DNA from: Promethearchaeota archaeon
GTDB taxonomy: Archaea; Asgardarchaeota; Lokiarchaeia; Sigyniarchaeales; SOKP01
Direction of reading: 5' to 3'
DNA: 64,000 nt
Assembly (NCBI GenBank): GCA_048941285.1
Contig: JBHLNS010000005.1
Coordinates: forward strand, 66,169 to 130,168
The translations under genes and the position numbers were made by a program. Position 1 is the stretch's first letter; each line of letters opens with the position of its first letter. The notes under the pieces were generated by a model. The model worked only from the letters and a program-made list of their open reading frames with translations, did no database searches and was not told where the DNA came from. Positions 46,961-56,903 of this stretch are shown here, piece by piece.

Positions 46961-48457
46961 TTGATAAATTTAAAAGATTTAGGACAACCTTTTGAATTTT
47001 GGGAATATTTCGAAAAAGTTTCTAAAATACCTCGATGCTCTGAGCATGAAGATAAAATTAGAGCCTTTATAAAAGAAGAATCAGAGAAAATGGGTTTTAA
47101 AAACAAGGTTGATTCCGTTGGAAATCTTTTAATCCGTATTCCTGCTAAAGTAAAAGAAACAAAAAAATGTGTCCTGCAATGTCATATGGACATGGTTTGC
47201 GAAAAAAATGAGTCTGTAACTCATGATTTTTCAAAAGATCCATTAAAGTTAAGAATTGAACAACTAAATGATGAAAAATGGATCACAGCTGAAGGTACTA
47301 CTTTAGGTGCAGATAATGGAGTAGGAATTTGCTATATATTAACTCTAATGAAAAAAATTCAGAGAGGAGAATTAATTTTTGACACATTAGGATTTGATTT
47401 ATTATTTACAATAGATGAAGAACAAGGCTTAAGAGGCGCTTTTGCGGTTGAAAAAGATTTCATTGAAGGTTCTTTTCTTATTAATCTTGATTCTGAAGAG
47501 GATAACTCTGTAACCATAGGATGTGCAGGTGGTCTTGTTCACATAATAGAAATAAAAAAAGAATTAGAAAACATTAATGTTCAAGATAATAAGTATATAC
47601 CAATAACACTTTTTATCTCTGGGTTATTAGGAGGGCATTCTGGTGTAGATATTCATTTAGGAAGAGGAAATGCTTTAAAAATAATAGCACAAATTCTCTG
47701 GGAATTAAATGACAAATATTCGATTCACATTTGTTCAATTGATGGAGGTAATCGAACTAATGCAATCCCTAGAGAAGCAAGTTCTATCTTTTATATTGAA
47801 AAAAGTAAATTATCAGAGATTATTAGTTTTATAAATGAAATTTTTAATGAAATAAAATTACTATTCGATGATATTGAACCAGATTTAGGATTAACCATCA
47901 AAGAATTAGAAAACTACACTAATTCAACTATTTTGTTAAAAGATGTCCAAGATAATTTATTAAATATTATACACCTAATACATAACGGCCCCTTCTCAAT
48001 GCACCCTCGAATAAAGGATTTAGTTTTTACATCATCTAATTTTGGTGTTATATCAACTAGAGATGAATATATAGTAATCAAATTAAGCCAAAGAAGTTTA
48101 AGTGAATATTTTAAATATGTAATCTGGGAAAAGACTAGGGTTTTGCTGGAGTTGAGCGATTTAAAAATTAACATAAAAAAAGATGCTGATTATCCTGGTT
48201 GGACCCCAAATTTTCAGTCAAGACTGTTATCAATATATAAACAAGTATATAAAGAAATGTTTAAAGAAGATATAAAAATTAAAGCTATTCATGCTGGTTT
48301 AGAATGTGGAATTCTAAAACAAAAGTTTCCTCAAATGGAAATGATTTCGATTGGACCTATGAATGAAGGAGCTCATTCTCCAGAAGAAAAAGTAAGTATT
48401 AAATCTGTTGAAAAGGTTTGGAAACTATTACTTAATTTACTCAAAAAATTAAGTTAG
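46961..48457 (+). CDS. pepD: Aminoacyl-histidine dipeptidase (M20)
   Basis: QCHMDMV, TLGADNG, DEEQG, NLDSE, IHAGLECG, HSPEE. Confidence 0.93.
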   Translation: MINLKDLGQPFEFWEYFEKVSKIPRCSEHEDKIRAFIKEESEKMGFKNKVDSVGNLLIRIPAKVKETKKCVLQCHMDMVCEKNESVTHDFSKDPLKLRIEQLNDEKWITAEGTTLGADNGVGICYILTLMKKIQRGELIFDTLGFDLLFTIDEEQGLRGAFAVEKDFIEGSFLINLDSEEDNSVTIGCAGGLVHIIEIKKELENINVQDNKYIPITLFISGLLGGHSGVDIHLGRGNALKIIAQILWELNDKYSIHICSIDGGNRTNAIPREASSIFYIEKSKLSEIISFINEIFNEIKLLFDDIEPDLGLTIKELENYTNSTILLKDVQDNLLNIIHLIHNGPFSMHPRIKDLVFTSSNFGVISTRDEYIVIKLSQRSLSEYFKYVIWEKTRVLLELSDLKINIKKDADYPGWTPNFQSRLLSIYKQVYKEMFKEDIKIKAIHAGLECGILKQKFPQMEMISIGPMNEGAHSPEEKVSIKSVEKVWKLLLNLLKKLS

Positions 48458-48526
48458 AAAATTATATTTTGTCAAAATTTAATTAAAAAAATTAATAAAT
48501 CTAATTTAATAATTAATTCATAATTT

Positions 48527-49027
48527 ATGCAAAAAAACACATCAAAGAAAGAGGAAATTATTGGTTCTGAAACAGTTATAGAAAAAATCAGAACTAAAAC
48601 TCCTTGGATTTTTGGCAATTCACTAAGAAAACCTAAAATTAGTTTTCCAGAAATGAAATCCCCAAGAATTTCCCTTCCAATGCCATCAAGATCATTAAGT
48701 ATTGTTGCCATCCTTATAATTTTATTTATTCTTCAGATGGGGGTAGTTTATTTATTAGTAAGAAGACCAGCAGCACTTGGGGCGACTCAACAAGGAGATC
48801 CTATATTCATATATGTTGATGTTAATGAAAGCTTTATTATTGAGAGCATGACTGCATCTATATTAATTTTCTTTTGTTCAACAGGATTTATATTATTATA
48901 TCAAGCATCTAAATATGTATATAATAAAAAAATGGCTGTCTGGATTTTGGTAATTGGGCTTTTAATGATAATTACTACGTTTATATTGCTTCAATATATG
49001 ATTGGAGTTAAAGCAGGAACGATTTAA
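48527..49027 (+). CDS. OST3/OST6-OSTC-like oligosaccharyltransferase accessory subunit
   Basis: Three TMs with G.VY.LV.RP..LG, P.F...VN..FI.E....S and G.ILL pattern. Confidence 0.65.
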   Translation: MQKNTSKKEEIIGSETVIEKIRTKTPWIFGNSLRKPKISFPEMKSPRISLPMPSRSLSIVAILIILFILQMGVVYLLVRRPAALGATQQGDPIFIYVDVNESFIIESMTASILIFFCSTGFILLYQASKYVYNKKMAVWILVIGLLMIITTFILLQYMIGVKAGTI

Positions 49028-49127
49028 TAATCTTATTTATTAATGCATCTGTTTAACTTAACTTGTTTGTTGTGAACAAAAAAAAGAAAAATTATATTTA
49101 AAAAATTTAAAGTTAAATATTTTAATA

Positions 49128-49520
49128 TTACCCTATAAATGCTTTATAACCTGATTCATCTAATAGATTAGTCTTTTCTGCATCCCAATTTGATGGTTCA
49201 ATTTTATAAAGCCAGGCTCCAAATGCATCTTCATTAATTTTTTCTGGTTCGTCCATTAAATCTGAATTAATTGCAGTGACAGTGCCGCTTACGGGTGAAT
49301 AAATATCACCAACTGCTTTACTTGATTCAACCGTACAATCAATTGGATCACTTGAAGGCTCGTCTCCATCCATTTTTACTTGTTCAAGCTCAGCCCCTTC
49401 AAGACCTTCCACATCAATAAAACTTATTTCTCCAAGTTGTTCTGCAGCATAAGGGGTAATTCCAACCATTTTGGTTCCATCGTCAAACCATTGATGAGTT
49501 TTTGTAAACCATTTAGTCAT
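49128..49520 (-). CDS. gcvH: Glycine cleavage system H protein
   Basis: VGIT.YA...LG, VESSKAV lipoyl site, SPVSG, PEKINED. Confidence 0.9.
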   Translation of the reverse strand: MTKWFTKTHQWFDDGTKMVGITPYAAEQLGEISFIDVEGLEGAELEQVKMDGDEPSSDPIDCTVESSKAVGDIYSPVSGTVTAINSDLMDEPEKINEDAFGAWLYKIEPSNWDAEKTNLLDESGYKAFIG

Positions 49521-49647
49521 TTTTATCTAACTCTTTTTTACTTAATTATGAATTCTAATAATATTGAATTAAATAGTATGTTTTTATTAATTAAGGTAAT
49601 AATTTAAAATTTTATTATTGAGATTTTTATTTAAATGATCTAAAAAG

Positions 49648-50475
49648 ATGGATTCTAAATTAAAGGATCTATTAGATTTTTACAGTGAATTTGAAAATTG
49701 GTATTTTCAAATAATAGATGACTTTAAATTTAGTCATCAAAAGGACTGTGAAGCTCGAGATTATTTATCATTTTTATTATCTAAAAAGAACCAGAATTGG
49801 AATTTAAACAAAGTTATAAATTTATTTAGAGAAAAATTATCATCTAAAAAGATTATATTAGTCTATGGATGTGGTCCTTCATTAGAACCAACCATTGATA
49901 TTATTTTGAAAAGAAAAGGGTTAAAATATTTCAGCAGATTTATGAATTTAACTGCAGATGGTGCTTCAGTTCTATTAAGAGAAAAAGGGATTAAAATTGA
50001 TGCGATTTTTACTGATCTGGATGGCATAACAAAAAATGAATTCCACTTTAGTATTTTTAATATAGTACATGCACATGGAGATAATATTAATAGATTAAAA
50101 TTCTTTGAGAATGAAATCATCAAATTTGAAAACATCATAGGAACTACCCAAGTAAAACCAGTAGCAAATCTAATAAATACTGGAGGATTTACTGATGGGG
50201 ACCGAATTCTTTTTTTTTTACGTCCCTTATTATCTGCATTTCATAAAATTTTTCTTATTGGGATGGATTTTGGAGCGAGGGTTGGCAGATATTCAAAATT
50301 GGGCATAAATGAAAGCCAAATGGGAAACCCTGAAAAGATTAAAAAACTCAATTATGCTATTCAATTAATAAAATGGTTAAAAAATAAGATTAAAAATGAA
50401 ATTTATTTTGTAAACTCTGAGTACAAATCTAAAGATTTTATAAATCTTTCTATTGAAGAGTTTTTAAAATTCTAA
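49648..50475 (+). CDS. mptE: 6-hydroxymethyl-7,8-dihydropterin pyrophosphokinase (DUF115)
   Basis: GCGPSL, ADGA, TDLDG, HAHGDN, GGFTDGDR. Confidence 0.88.
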   Translation: MDSKLKDLLDFYSEFENWYFQIIDDFKFSHQKDCEARDYLSFLLSKKNQNWNLNKVINLFREKLSSKKIILVYGCGPSLEPTIDIILKRKGLKYFSRFMNLTADGASVLLREKGIKIDAIFTDLDGITKNEFHFSIFNIVHAHGDNINRLKFFENEIIKFENIIGTTQVKPVANLINTGGFTDGDRILFFLRPLLSAFHKIFLIGMDFGARVGRYSKLGINESQMGNPEKIKKLNYAIQLIKWLKNKIKNEIYFVNSEYKSKDFINLSIEEFLKF

Positions 50476-50479
50476 TAAA

Positions 50480-51307
50480 TTAAATTTTATAATCTTGAAT
50501 TCCTTTTGATGTAATTTTATAGAGCAATCTTTTTTCAGGTAATCTTAAGGAATTTACTAATTGAACATACCTTTTATCTTGTTCTTTAATGTCCAAATAT
50601 ATATATTCCGAGAAGTATTGATTCAATAATAGATTCCCAACTGGTAAAGCTCGAACTGAGGTTTCTTGATTTATATTTGATGTTACTTGAGCTGTTGTTA
50701 TAGTAATTAAATTATAATCTTTAGTAACTTGATTGAGCTTATCAAGAACCTTCAGAAAAGTTGTTTTAGTTCTATTTATAGAAATTGTTTTATTTGCTAA
50801 TTCCGAATTATAATGGTTGTTTATTGTATCTATAATTAAGACAGAAGTGTAATTCATTTCCAAGTATTTCTCGAGCTCATTTAATGATAAAAGTAAAGCA
50901 GAATTACTCATAACTTTTGATACAAGAATATTTCTAAGTAATTCATTATAATTGAGGTCATTATTTAGGGCTATTTGCTTTATTCGTTCAGGGCGAAAGG
51001 TATTTTCTGTGTCAAAATAAAATATGAATTGACGTTTTTTTGGTTTATAAGTTTTGAAAATCTCCGAGAATTGGAGATATGCTTGGACACATAATTGATG
51101 ACATAACTGGGTTTTTCCAGTGTTATTTGCTCCAAAAATCAAATATTTCGTTTGTGAATGAAAACCACCTCCCAAAGTTTCATCATAATTTTTCGCTCCT
51201 GTACGTAAAGTATATTTTTGTTTACCTAATCTTTCAAATTCATCAATAATTTCTTTTTTTTTAATTATTTGTAGATTTTTAATAGATAATATTTCACTAA
51301 TCGTCAT
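50480..51307 (-). CDS. RadA/Rad51 paralog
   Basis: LGGG, GANNTGKTQLCHQL, DTENTFRPERI. Confidence 0.85.
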   Translation of the reverse strand: MTISEILSIKNLQIIKKKEIIDEFERLGKQKYTLRTGAKNYDETLGGGFHSQTKYLIFGANNTGKTQLCHQLCVQAYLQFSEIFKTYKPKKRQFIFYFDTENTFRPERIKQIALNNDLNYNELLRNILVSKVMSNSALLLSLNELEKYLEMNYTSVLIIDTINNHYNSELANKTISINRTKTTFLKVLDKLNQVTKDYNLITITTAQVTSNINQETSVRALPVGNLLLNQYFSEYIYLDIKEQDKRYVQLVNSLRLPEKRLLYKITSKGIQDYKI

Positions 51308-51500
51308 AATTATTTATTATTGAAATCTAGAGTATAAAAAAACTTTGATTTTCCTAATGTAAGGAAAGCTAAAGACATATAAGAAATTTGAAAAAATCGA
51401 AAGATTAATTTTAAAATATTCATAAACATTATATCATAGTTCTTTTAATTATATTAATTTGCAATTAAATATCAGAAAATTACGTCATTTTTAAATAGAT

Positions 51501-52112
51501 ATGGCAAAGAAGAAAAAAGAAACATGTCCTTATTGTGGAAAGAGTTTTGCTTATTTATCTCGTCACAAATGTAAAATTAAAGAGCGTGTTGAGGGACCTT
51601 TAGAAGAGAAATCGGATGTTGAAAGAAGAATTGAAAGAATAGAAGAAAAGAAGAAGGAATTCAACCGAAATTTACGTAAAGATGAAAAAGCAATTCTTAC
51701 TATAATAAATCGAGAAAGAGATATATTATTTGATAGGCTAATGGAGCTAAGTAATAAAAAACGAAATGATCTTGAAGAGATATTAGAATTTTTAGCATTA
51801 CAATCAAAAATAAAAATGAAACGGGAGCTAGTTGATGCTTCATGGACAAAACATATCTATGCTCTTGAGGAAATTGAGGTTAAAGTTCAAGATCTGAAAA
51901 TCAATATAAAAAGAAAAGATTTTATTTGGGATATGTTTTCAAAACAACCATGTTTTATTTGCCCTTTTCGGGATAAATGCAATGATACTAACTTAGACCA
52001 ATTTAATCCTCAACACTGTCCATGGTTAACCGAATGGATTGAAATTGCTTCAAAAGGAGAAGATTATAAGATTAATTTTGATGAGATTGAGTCGCGTATG
52101 CAAAATATATAA
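51501..52112 (+). CDS. TFE-beta / RPC34-like protein with N-terminal zinc finger and C-terminal 4Fe-4S motif
   Basis: CPYCGKSF...H.C; winged-helix-like middle; PCFICP..C...P..C.WLTEW. Confidence 0.7.
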   Translation: MAKKKKETCPYCGKSFAYLSRHKCKIKERVEGPLEEKSDVERRIERIEEKKKEFNRNLRKDEKAILTIINRERDILFDRLMELSNKKRNDLEEILEFLALQSKIKMKRELVDASWTKHIYALEEIEVKVQDLKINIKRKDFIWDMFSKQPCFICPFRDKCNDTNLDQFNPQHCPWLTEWIEIASKGEDYKINFDEIESRMQNI

Positions 52113-52730
52113 TTATTTTTTGTTTAAACCTATTAGAAAAATTTCATTACTTTTTTTTTTAGAGGATTTTGGTTTATAAGATTTTAAAAATCTGAACATA
52201 TGTTTTACTTTTATAGTAAAGTTTTCAAAATCAGAACCTTGAAAAGCTTTAATAACTAAATTACCATTAAATTTAAGGTGCCTTTCTACTATTTTTAATA
52301 TTTCAGTACAGAGTCTTATTTGCTTAATATGATCTGTGAATTTATTACCTGTTTTTTTTATTGATGCATCTGATATGATTAAATCTATTTCATTTTTAAA
52401 GAAAGCATCAATTTTTTCATCATTTCCGATTTTGGTTAGATCGGCATTAACAATTTTTATATTTTCAATTGGAGATACTTTTTTTATATCAATCCCCATA
52501 ATTTTATAATGATCTCGATGATAAAATTGATCTTTATACTTTTCTAAATTTTCTTCAGCAAATTTTTTAGCTACTTGTAACCATGAACCAGGAGCGCATC
52601 CTAAATCTAAAATATAAAATGCTCTTTTAAAGACATTAAATCTTTTTTGAATATCTAATAATTTATATGCAGATCTTGCCCGATAACCTTCTTTTTTTGC
52701 TTTTCTGTAAAATGATTCTTGATTATGCAA
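52113..52730 (-). CDS. rlmE: 23S rRNA 2'-O-methyltransferase RlmE/FtsJ
   Basis: GYRARSAYKL, DLGCAPGSWLQ, K.FQG, KP.SS. Confidence 0.93.
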   Translation of the reverse strand: MHNQESFYRKAKKEGYRARSAYKLLDIQKRFNVFKRAFYILDLGCAPGSWLQVAKKFAEENLEKYKDQFYHRDHYKIMGIDIKKVSPIENIKIVNADLTKIGNDEKIDAFFKNEIDLIISDASIKKTGNKFTDHIKQIRLCTEILKIVERHLKFNGNLVIKAFQGSDFENFTIKVKHMFRFLKSYKPKSSKKKSNEIFLIGLNKK

Positions 52731-52763
52731 ATCTCTACTATTTAGTTGTTTAAAATTGTATAT

Positions 52764-53972
52764 TTAATTTTGTATTTCAAACAAAATATTTTTTATTTTA
52801 GGTAAATCTAAATCACTTTTTATTGATAAAAAATCAAAATGTGTTCTTGAAGCTTTATATCCCAATTTTTTAATTTCCTTAATAATTTCATTAATTTTTG
52901 GAACAGATTGCAGTTTTAATTTTTGACAAAGCTTATGTATATTATAATAAGAAATTGGCATATCATTTTCTTCAAGAATATAATTTAAGAGTTTTTCTAT
53001 TCGTTTCTTATTGGAGGATTGAGATCTGTTATTTAAAGAAAATATTTTATTTACCAAATTTACATCATGAAGTTTCCCATTCCATAAAGGCCCAGCATAA
53101 TCAAGGGTTCCTATGTTATCACATACCGGGCAATCTTTAGGCAAATTTAAGATATTATTACTATAGGCAGATCTATATCCACAAATTTTACAATGTATAA
53201 TAAATCCAAATTTATCATAAAATTTTGAAATATCCTTCTTATTTTTAAATGATAAACAGAATAATCTAATAAAATGGCTAGAATAGAAAGTTAAGAGGGG
53301 AATTATTCCTAGATTGTTTATATTTGCTATTCGAGAAGCGAAGTATATTAAAATACGTGCACCGATTTCTTTGCAATACTCAGTATGAAGGGGTTTAGAT
53401 AAATATTTCCTTATACAAGCATCTGGTCTTACTCCAAATAAAACTGCCGTATCAGTAGCTGTAACGCACATCAAGCCATTGTCTTTTTGTAATGTTTTAA
53501 AGGCAGAATCTAAGTAAAGATTAGGTGTTCCAAATGGATCAATTGAAATAATATTTGGTTTTTTTTCTCCTAAACTAGCAATCTCAGAAAAAAGGAGATT
53601 TGCATCCTTGTGTGTAACTACAGATTGAATAAAATGTTTATCTAAATTATTTAAAACCATATTTTTCTTAATAAGTTCAACAGCTTCGGGATTAATATCA
53701 TTGATATAAATCTTTTTTATGCTAGCACACTCTTTTATCATTCTAATAGCACTTACACCTGATGCCGCCATAGAATCTACAATGATTAATTCTTCTTGAT
53801 TAAATAAATCCTTATAAGCATTTATACATAAATTTGAAATATCACGATTAATCTCCATACTTCTATTATAAAAAACATTCATTGATTTCGAAGGTGTTGA
53901 TTCCTTATCAACTTTATATATGTAAAATTCTGCCGAGCCTTCTCTAATTAAAGTTAAATCTTTTTGGACCAT
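52764..53972 (-). CDS. trm1: tRNA (guanine26-N2)-dimethyltransferase
   Basis: VFYN, NRD, IDPFGTP, VTATD, AGPLW, SRTHF. Confidence 0.94.
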   Translation of the reverse strand: MVQKDLTLIREGSAEFYIYKVDKESTPSKSMNVFYNRSMEINRDISNLCINAYKDLFNQEELIIVDSMAASGVSAIRMIKECASIKKIYINDINPEAVELIKKNMVLNNLDKHFIQSVVTHKDANLLFSEIASLGEKKPNIISIDPFGTPNLYLDSAFKTLQKDNGLMCVTATDTAVLFGVRPDACIRKYLSKPLHTEYCKEIGARILIYFASRIANINNLGIIPLLTFYSSHFIRLFCLSFKNKKDISKFYDKFGFIIHCKICGYRSAYSNNILNLPKDCPVCDNIGTLDYAGPLWNGKLHDVNLVNKIFSLNNRSQSSNKKRIEKLLNYILEENDMPISYYNIHKLCQKLKLQSVPKINEIIKEIKKLGYKASRTHFDFLSIKSDLDLPKIKNILFEIQN

Positions 53973-54078
53973 TATATTATATTAAATAAATATATTGAAA
54001 AGATTAAACTTTGTATACTTTTTAGAATTAGTTCAAAAAAATCTAAAAGATATAATACAATTTTTATGATACTTTACA

Positions 54079-54768
54079 TCATACAAATCCTTTTTCTGTC
54101 AAACTAGATATGAATTCAAAAGTATAGTTTTCAGGAATATTTGTAAAATAAAATTTTCTCTCATTTAATTTATTAGTCTTTTTAATTTTTAAATTGAAAT
54201 TTATCCAAAATTTCATAACATTTCCCCCACTTTGAGTTTCGATTATTTGATCATCAAGCTTTTTTTTGCTTATTTCATTTATTACTAAAATTTCAATATC
54301 ATAATTTTGATTTAGATAAGTTAAATTAGCCAGCATTTGATTCAACTGGTAATTTAGATTATAATTTTTCTCTTTCTTCTCTTTATTTAATTCTATTCGA
54401 TATAAATTAGTTATTGAATCTAGTATTATTAGTTCCAATTTGGGCTTATTATTTTTTAGATAATTTAAAATCAAAAATTCAAGATTGAAAATGAGTGTAT
54501 TTAATTCATAAAAGCTGGTAGTTTGAATAAATAAGATATTATCCAGATTATCATTAGAATCCTTATTAATAATTACTACTTTTTCAGAGGGAAATTTGGG
54601 TTTGGTATATATATATATTATGAATTTTTTATATTTTGCAGAATTGATTGCTGTTTGGAGTGCAAAGGTTGTTTTTCCAACTCCAAAATCTCCAAATACA
54701 GAAAAAATTCCCTTTAAAGTATTAAAAGAATTAAAATATTTATTTAATTCTAAGGTTGGAAATTTCAT
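54079..54768 (-). CDS. RadB-like ATPase
   Basis: GDFGVGKTT, LDSITNLYR, GGNVMKFW. Confidence 0.78.
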   Translation of the reverse strand: MKFPTLELNKYFNSFNTLKGIFSVFGDFGVGKTTFALQTAINSAKYKKFIIYIYTKPKFPSEKVVIINKDSNDNLDNILFIQTTSFYELNTLIFNLEFLILNYLKNNKPKLELIILDSITNLYRIELNKEKKEKNYNLNYQLNQMLANLTYLNQNYDIEILVINEISKKKLDDQIIETQSGGNVMKFWINFNLKIKKTNKLNERKFYFTNIPENYTFEFISSLTEKGFV

Positions 54769-54812
54769 ATAATTAAAAATTATTAATTTTATCTAATATT
54801 AATAATTATAAT

Positions 54813-55667
54813 TTGAGAAATAAAATTTTATATATTAGAACAGAAAATTTAAATTTCTTTTATAGGATAAATAGGGAACTTACACGATTAAATATTAAGT
54901 TCGAAGTTCTAAATATAAGAGATAAATTACCAAACGTCCCTTCTATAATTCTAACAACTGTAGGAGAAATTCACAAATTTAAAAATTCTTATGAAAATTT
55001 AATAATTCTTAGTTATTCTTACGAAGAAAATTTCCAACATTATGTTCTAAAAGTATTAGCTGCATATAAAATAGAATACAAGGATTTTTATTCAGATTTA
55101 ATGTTTTCTATAGACCCAGGAACCAAACAAATTGGAATTGCCATATTTTTAGACGATCTATTTTTAATTTCTCATACTATTTATGATAAGAGAGAATTCA
55201 TTGAATTTATCGACGATAAAGTGAATTGTTTCCAAGAAAATAATCCATTTTTGATGAAACTAGAATTTAAATTCGGAAGTGGTGTTTTACCTTTAACAAT
55301 TGAGCTTTTAAAAGAGGTTTATGATCATTTTGGAATGAATAAAAACAAAAAAATATTTTTAATTGATGAGTCTAAATCATCAAAGACTAAAATTAAAGAT
55401 AAGAAAAAAAGAGTAAGAACTAAACATGAAATTTCAGCTTTAATTTTAGCCTTGCGAAGGGGGAAGGAAATAACTCAATTTAATTATACTAAAATTTTCA
55501 AACAGATTAAATTACAGGAGCAAAATCTTAACAAAGACTCCAATAAGAATATTGTAGAACTTGATGAATCATTGGATAATTTAAAACAATTAATAGATAA
55601 AATATTAAATAATGAAATATCTCTAAGTCTTTCCTCTAAAATTCTATATGGAAATATCACAGAATAA
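54813..55667 (+). CDS. RNase H-like (YqgF/resolvase-like) domain protein
   Basis: SIDPGTKQIGIAI, G.G, IDE..SS, H..SA..LA.R. Confidence 0.65.
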   Translation: MRNKILYIRTENLNFFYRINRELTRLNIKFEVLNIRDKLPNVPSIILTTVGEIHKFKNSYENLIILSYSYEENFQHYVLKVLAAYKIEYKDFYSDLMFSIDPGTKQIGIAIFLDDLFLISHTIYDKREFIEFIDDKVNCFQENNPFLMKLEFKFGSGVLPLTIELLKEVYDHFGMNKNKKIFLIDESKSSKTKIKDKKKRVRTKHEISALILALRRGKEITQFNYTKIFKQIKLQEQNLNKDSNKNIVELDESLDNLKQLIDKILNNEISLSLSSKILYGNITE

Positions 55668-55713
55668 TATTGAATAATTTAGTATTATAACCCTTGATTT
55701 TACAAATTAAGTT

Positions 55714-56844
55714 TTGAAAATAGACCTAATTGAGAAATTTATGAAGAGAATAAAGAGCATCGACATTTTTAGGGGATTAGGGATGGTTTATATCATGGTA
55801 GGACACATGATTGATTGGTGGTCTCGTCCTATAGATGATTGGTTATTTTATGTGTATGTGTCTCTTTTTTCAGCAATAGGTGCTGCTGGTTTTGTTTTTA
55901 TATCTGGTGTAAGCACGATGATTTCTTATAGAAACAGAATTGAAAAAGCTAAAAATTCCAAAGATTATGATATAAAAACTGTTAGAAAAGAATATTATAT
56001 TCGGGCAATATTGATATTCGGTCTTGCATTGGTTTACAATTTGATTGTAGCGCTTGAATTTTTTGATCCATCTATAATTTGGAAATGGTTTATTATTCTA
56101 ACAGTCGCAGGGTGTCTATTATTAGCTTGGCCATTGTTGAGAACCTCAAAATTAGTAAGAATTTTTATTGGAATATTAATATGGTTTGTTAATCAGATTT
56201 TACTATTTATTTTATTGCCATTTGAAGCACAAGGTAATTTACAAGGAATCATTTTCTATATTTTTTATAATTCTTTAGATCAAAATCCCATTTTATCATT
56301 TTTTACATTTTTTCTAATTGGGACAGTCTTAGGGGATATTATTTATGATTTTTCGTTAATAGAAAATGAGAGCGAAAGAAAAAGTTTTTTTAAAAAAAAA
56401 ATATTGTTTCCAATTTTACTAATTAGTTTAATTCTAATTTTTATTAGTATTTGGTTTCTATATCCAAATTTGTTTTCGGAAAGAATTTTGACAATAAATA
56501 CGAATTTATGGTGGTTAATTTATACTTTAGGTTTAGACCTGATAATACTATTACTGTTTTTATTTTTTGAAGTACATGGATTTATGAATACCAAGAAAAG
56601 CTATAGGTTTCTATTCTACTTTTCATACTATTCACTGAGTCTCTTTATTTTACAAAATATAAATTTCTTTTTATTCTATGATTTATTGAATAGGTATAAC
56701 ATTTGGTTATTTATCATTTTAACAGTGATTCTATATGGACTATTATTAAGATTTTTATATATGAGATTAGAGCGAAAATTTTCACTAAAAATTCAAATTG
56801 GCAGATTAGCTGTATCATTCGCTAAAAAAAATAAAAGACATTGA
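55714..56844 (+). CDS. HGSNAT/DUF1624-like membrane acyltransferase
   Basis: RIKSIDIFRGL, M..H, F.FISG; multi-TM. Confidence 0.82.
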   Translation: MKIDLIEKFMKRIKSIDIFRGLGMVYIMVGHMIDWWSRPIDDWLFYVYVSLFSAIGAAGFVFISGVSTMISYRNRIEKAKNSKDYDIKTVRKEYYIRAILIFGLALVYNLIVALEFFDPSIIWKWFIILTVAGCLLLAWPLLRTSKLVRIFIGILIWFVNQILLFILLPFEAQGNLQGIIFYIFYNSLDQNPILSFFTFFLIGTVLGDIIYDFSLIENESERKSFFKKKILFPILLISLILIFISIWFLYPNLFSERILTINTNLWWLIYTLGLDLIILLLFLFFEVHGFMNTKKSYRFLFYFSYYSLSLFILQNINFFLFYDLLNRYNIWLFIILTVILYGLLLRFLYMRLERKFSLKIQIGRLAVSFAKKNKRH

Positions 56845-56903
56845 TAAAAATTGGACAAAATAATGATATAAGAATTTTATAGTAAATAAAAACTGATTTT
56901 AAA

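Noticed and set aside
49351-49380. In-frame 10-codon insertion in gcvH flanked by CTTGAA/TTCAAG, whose removal would give canonical length
   Set aside because: The flanks form a continuous 6-7-bp helix rather than two bulges. The insert has no stop and reads as ordinary protein (VKMDGDEPSS), so a protein-level loop is more likely. RNA-seq would settle it.
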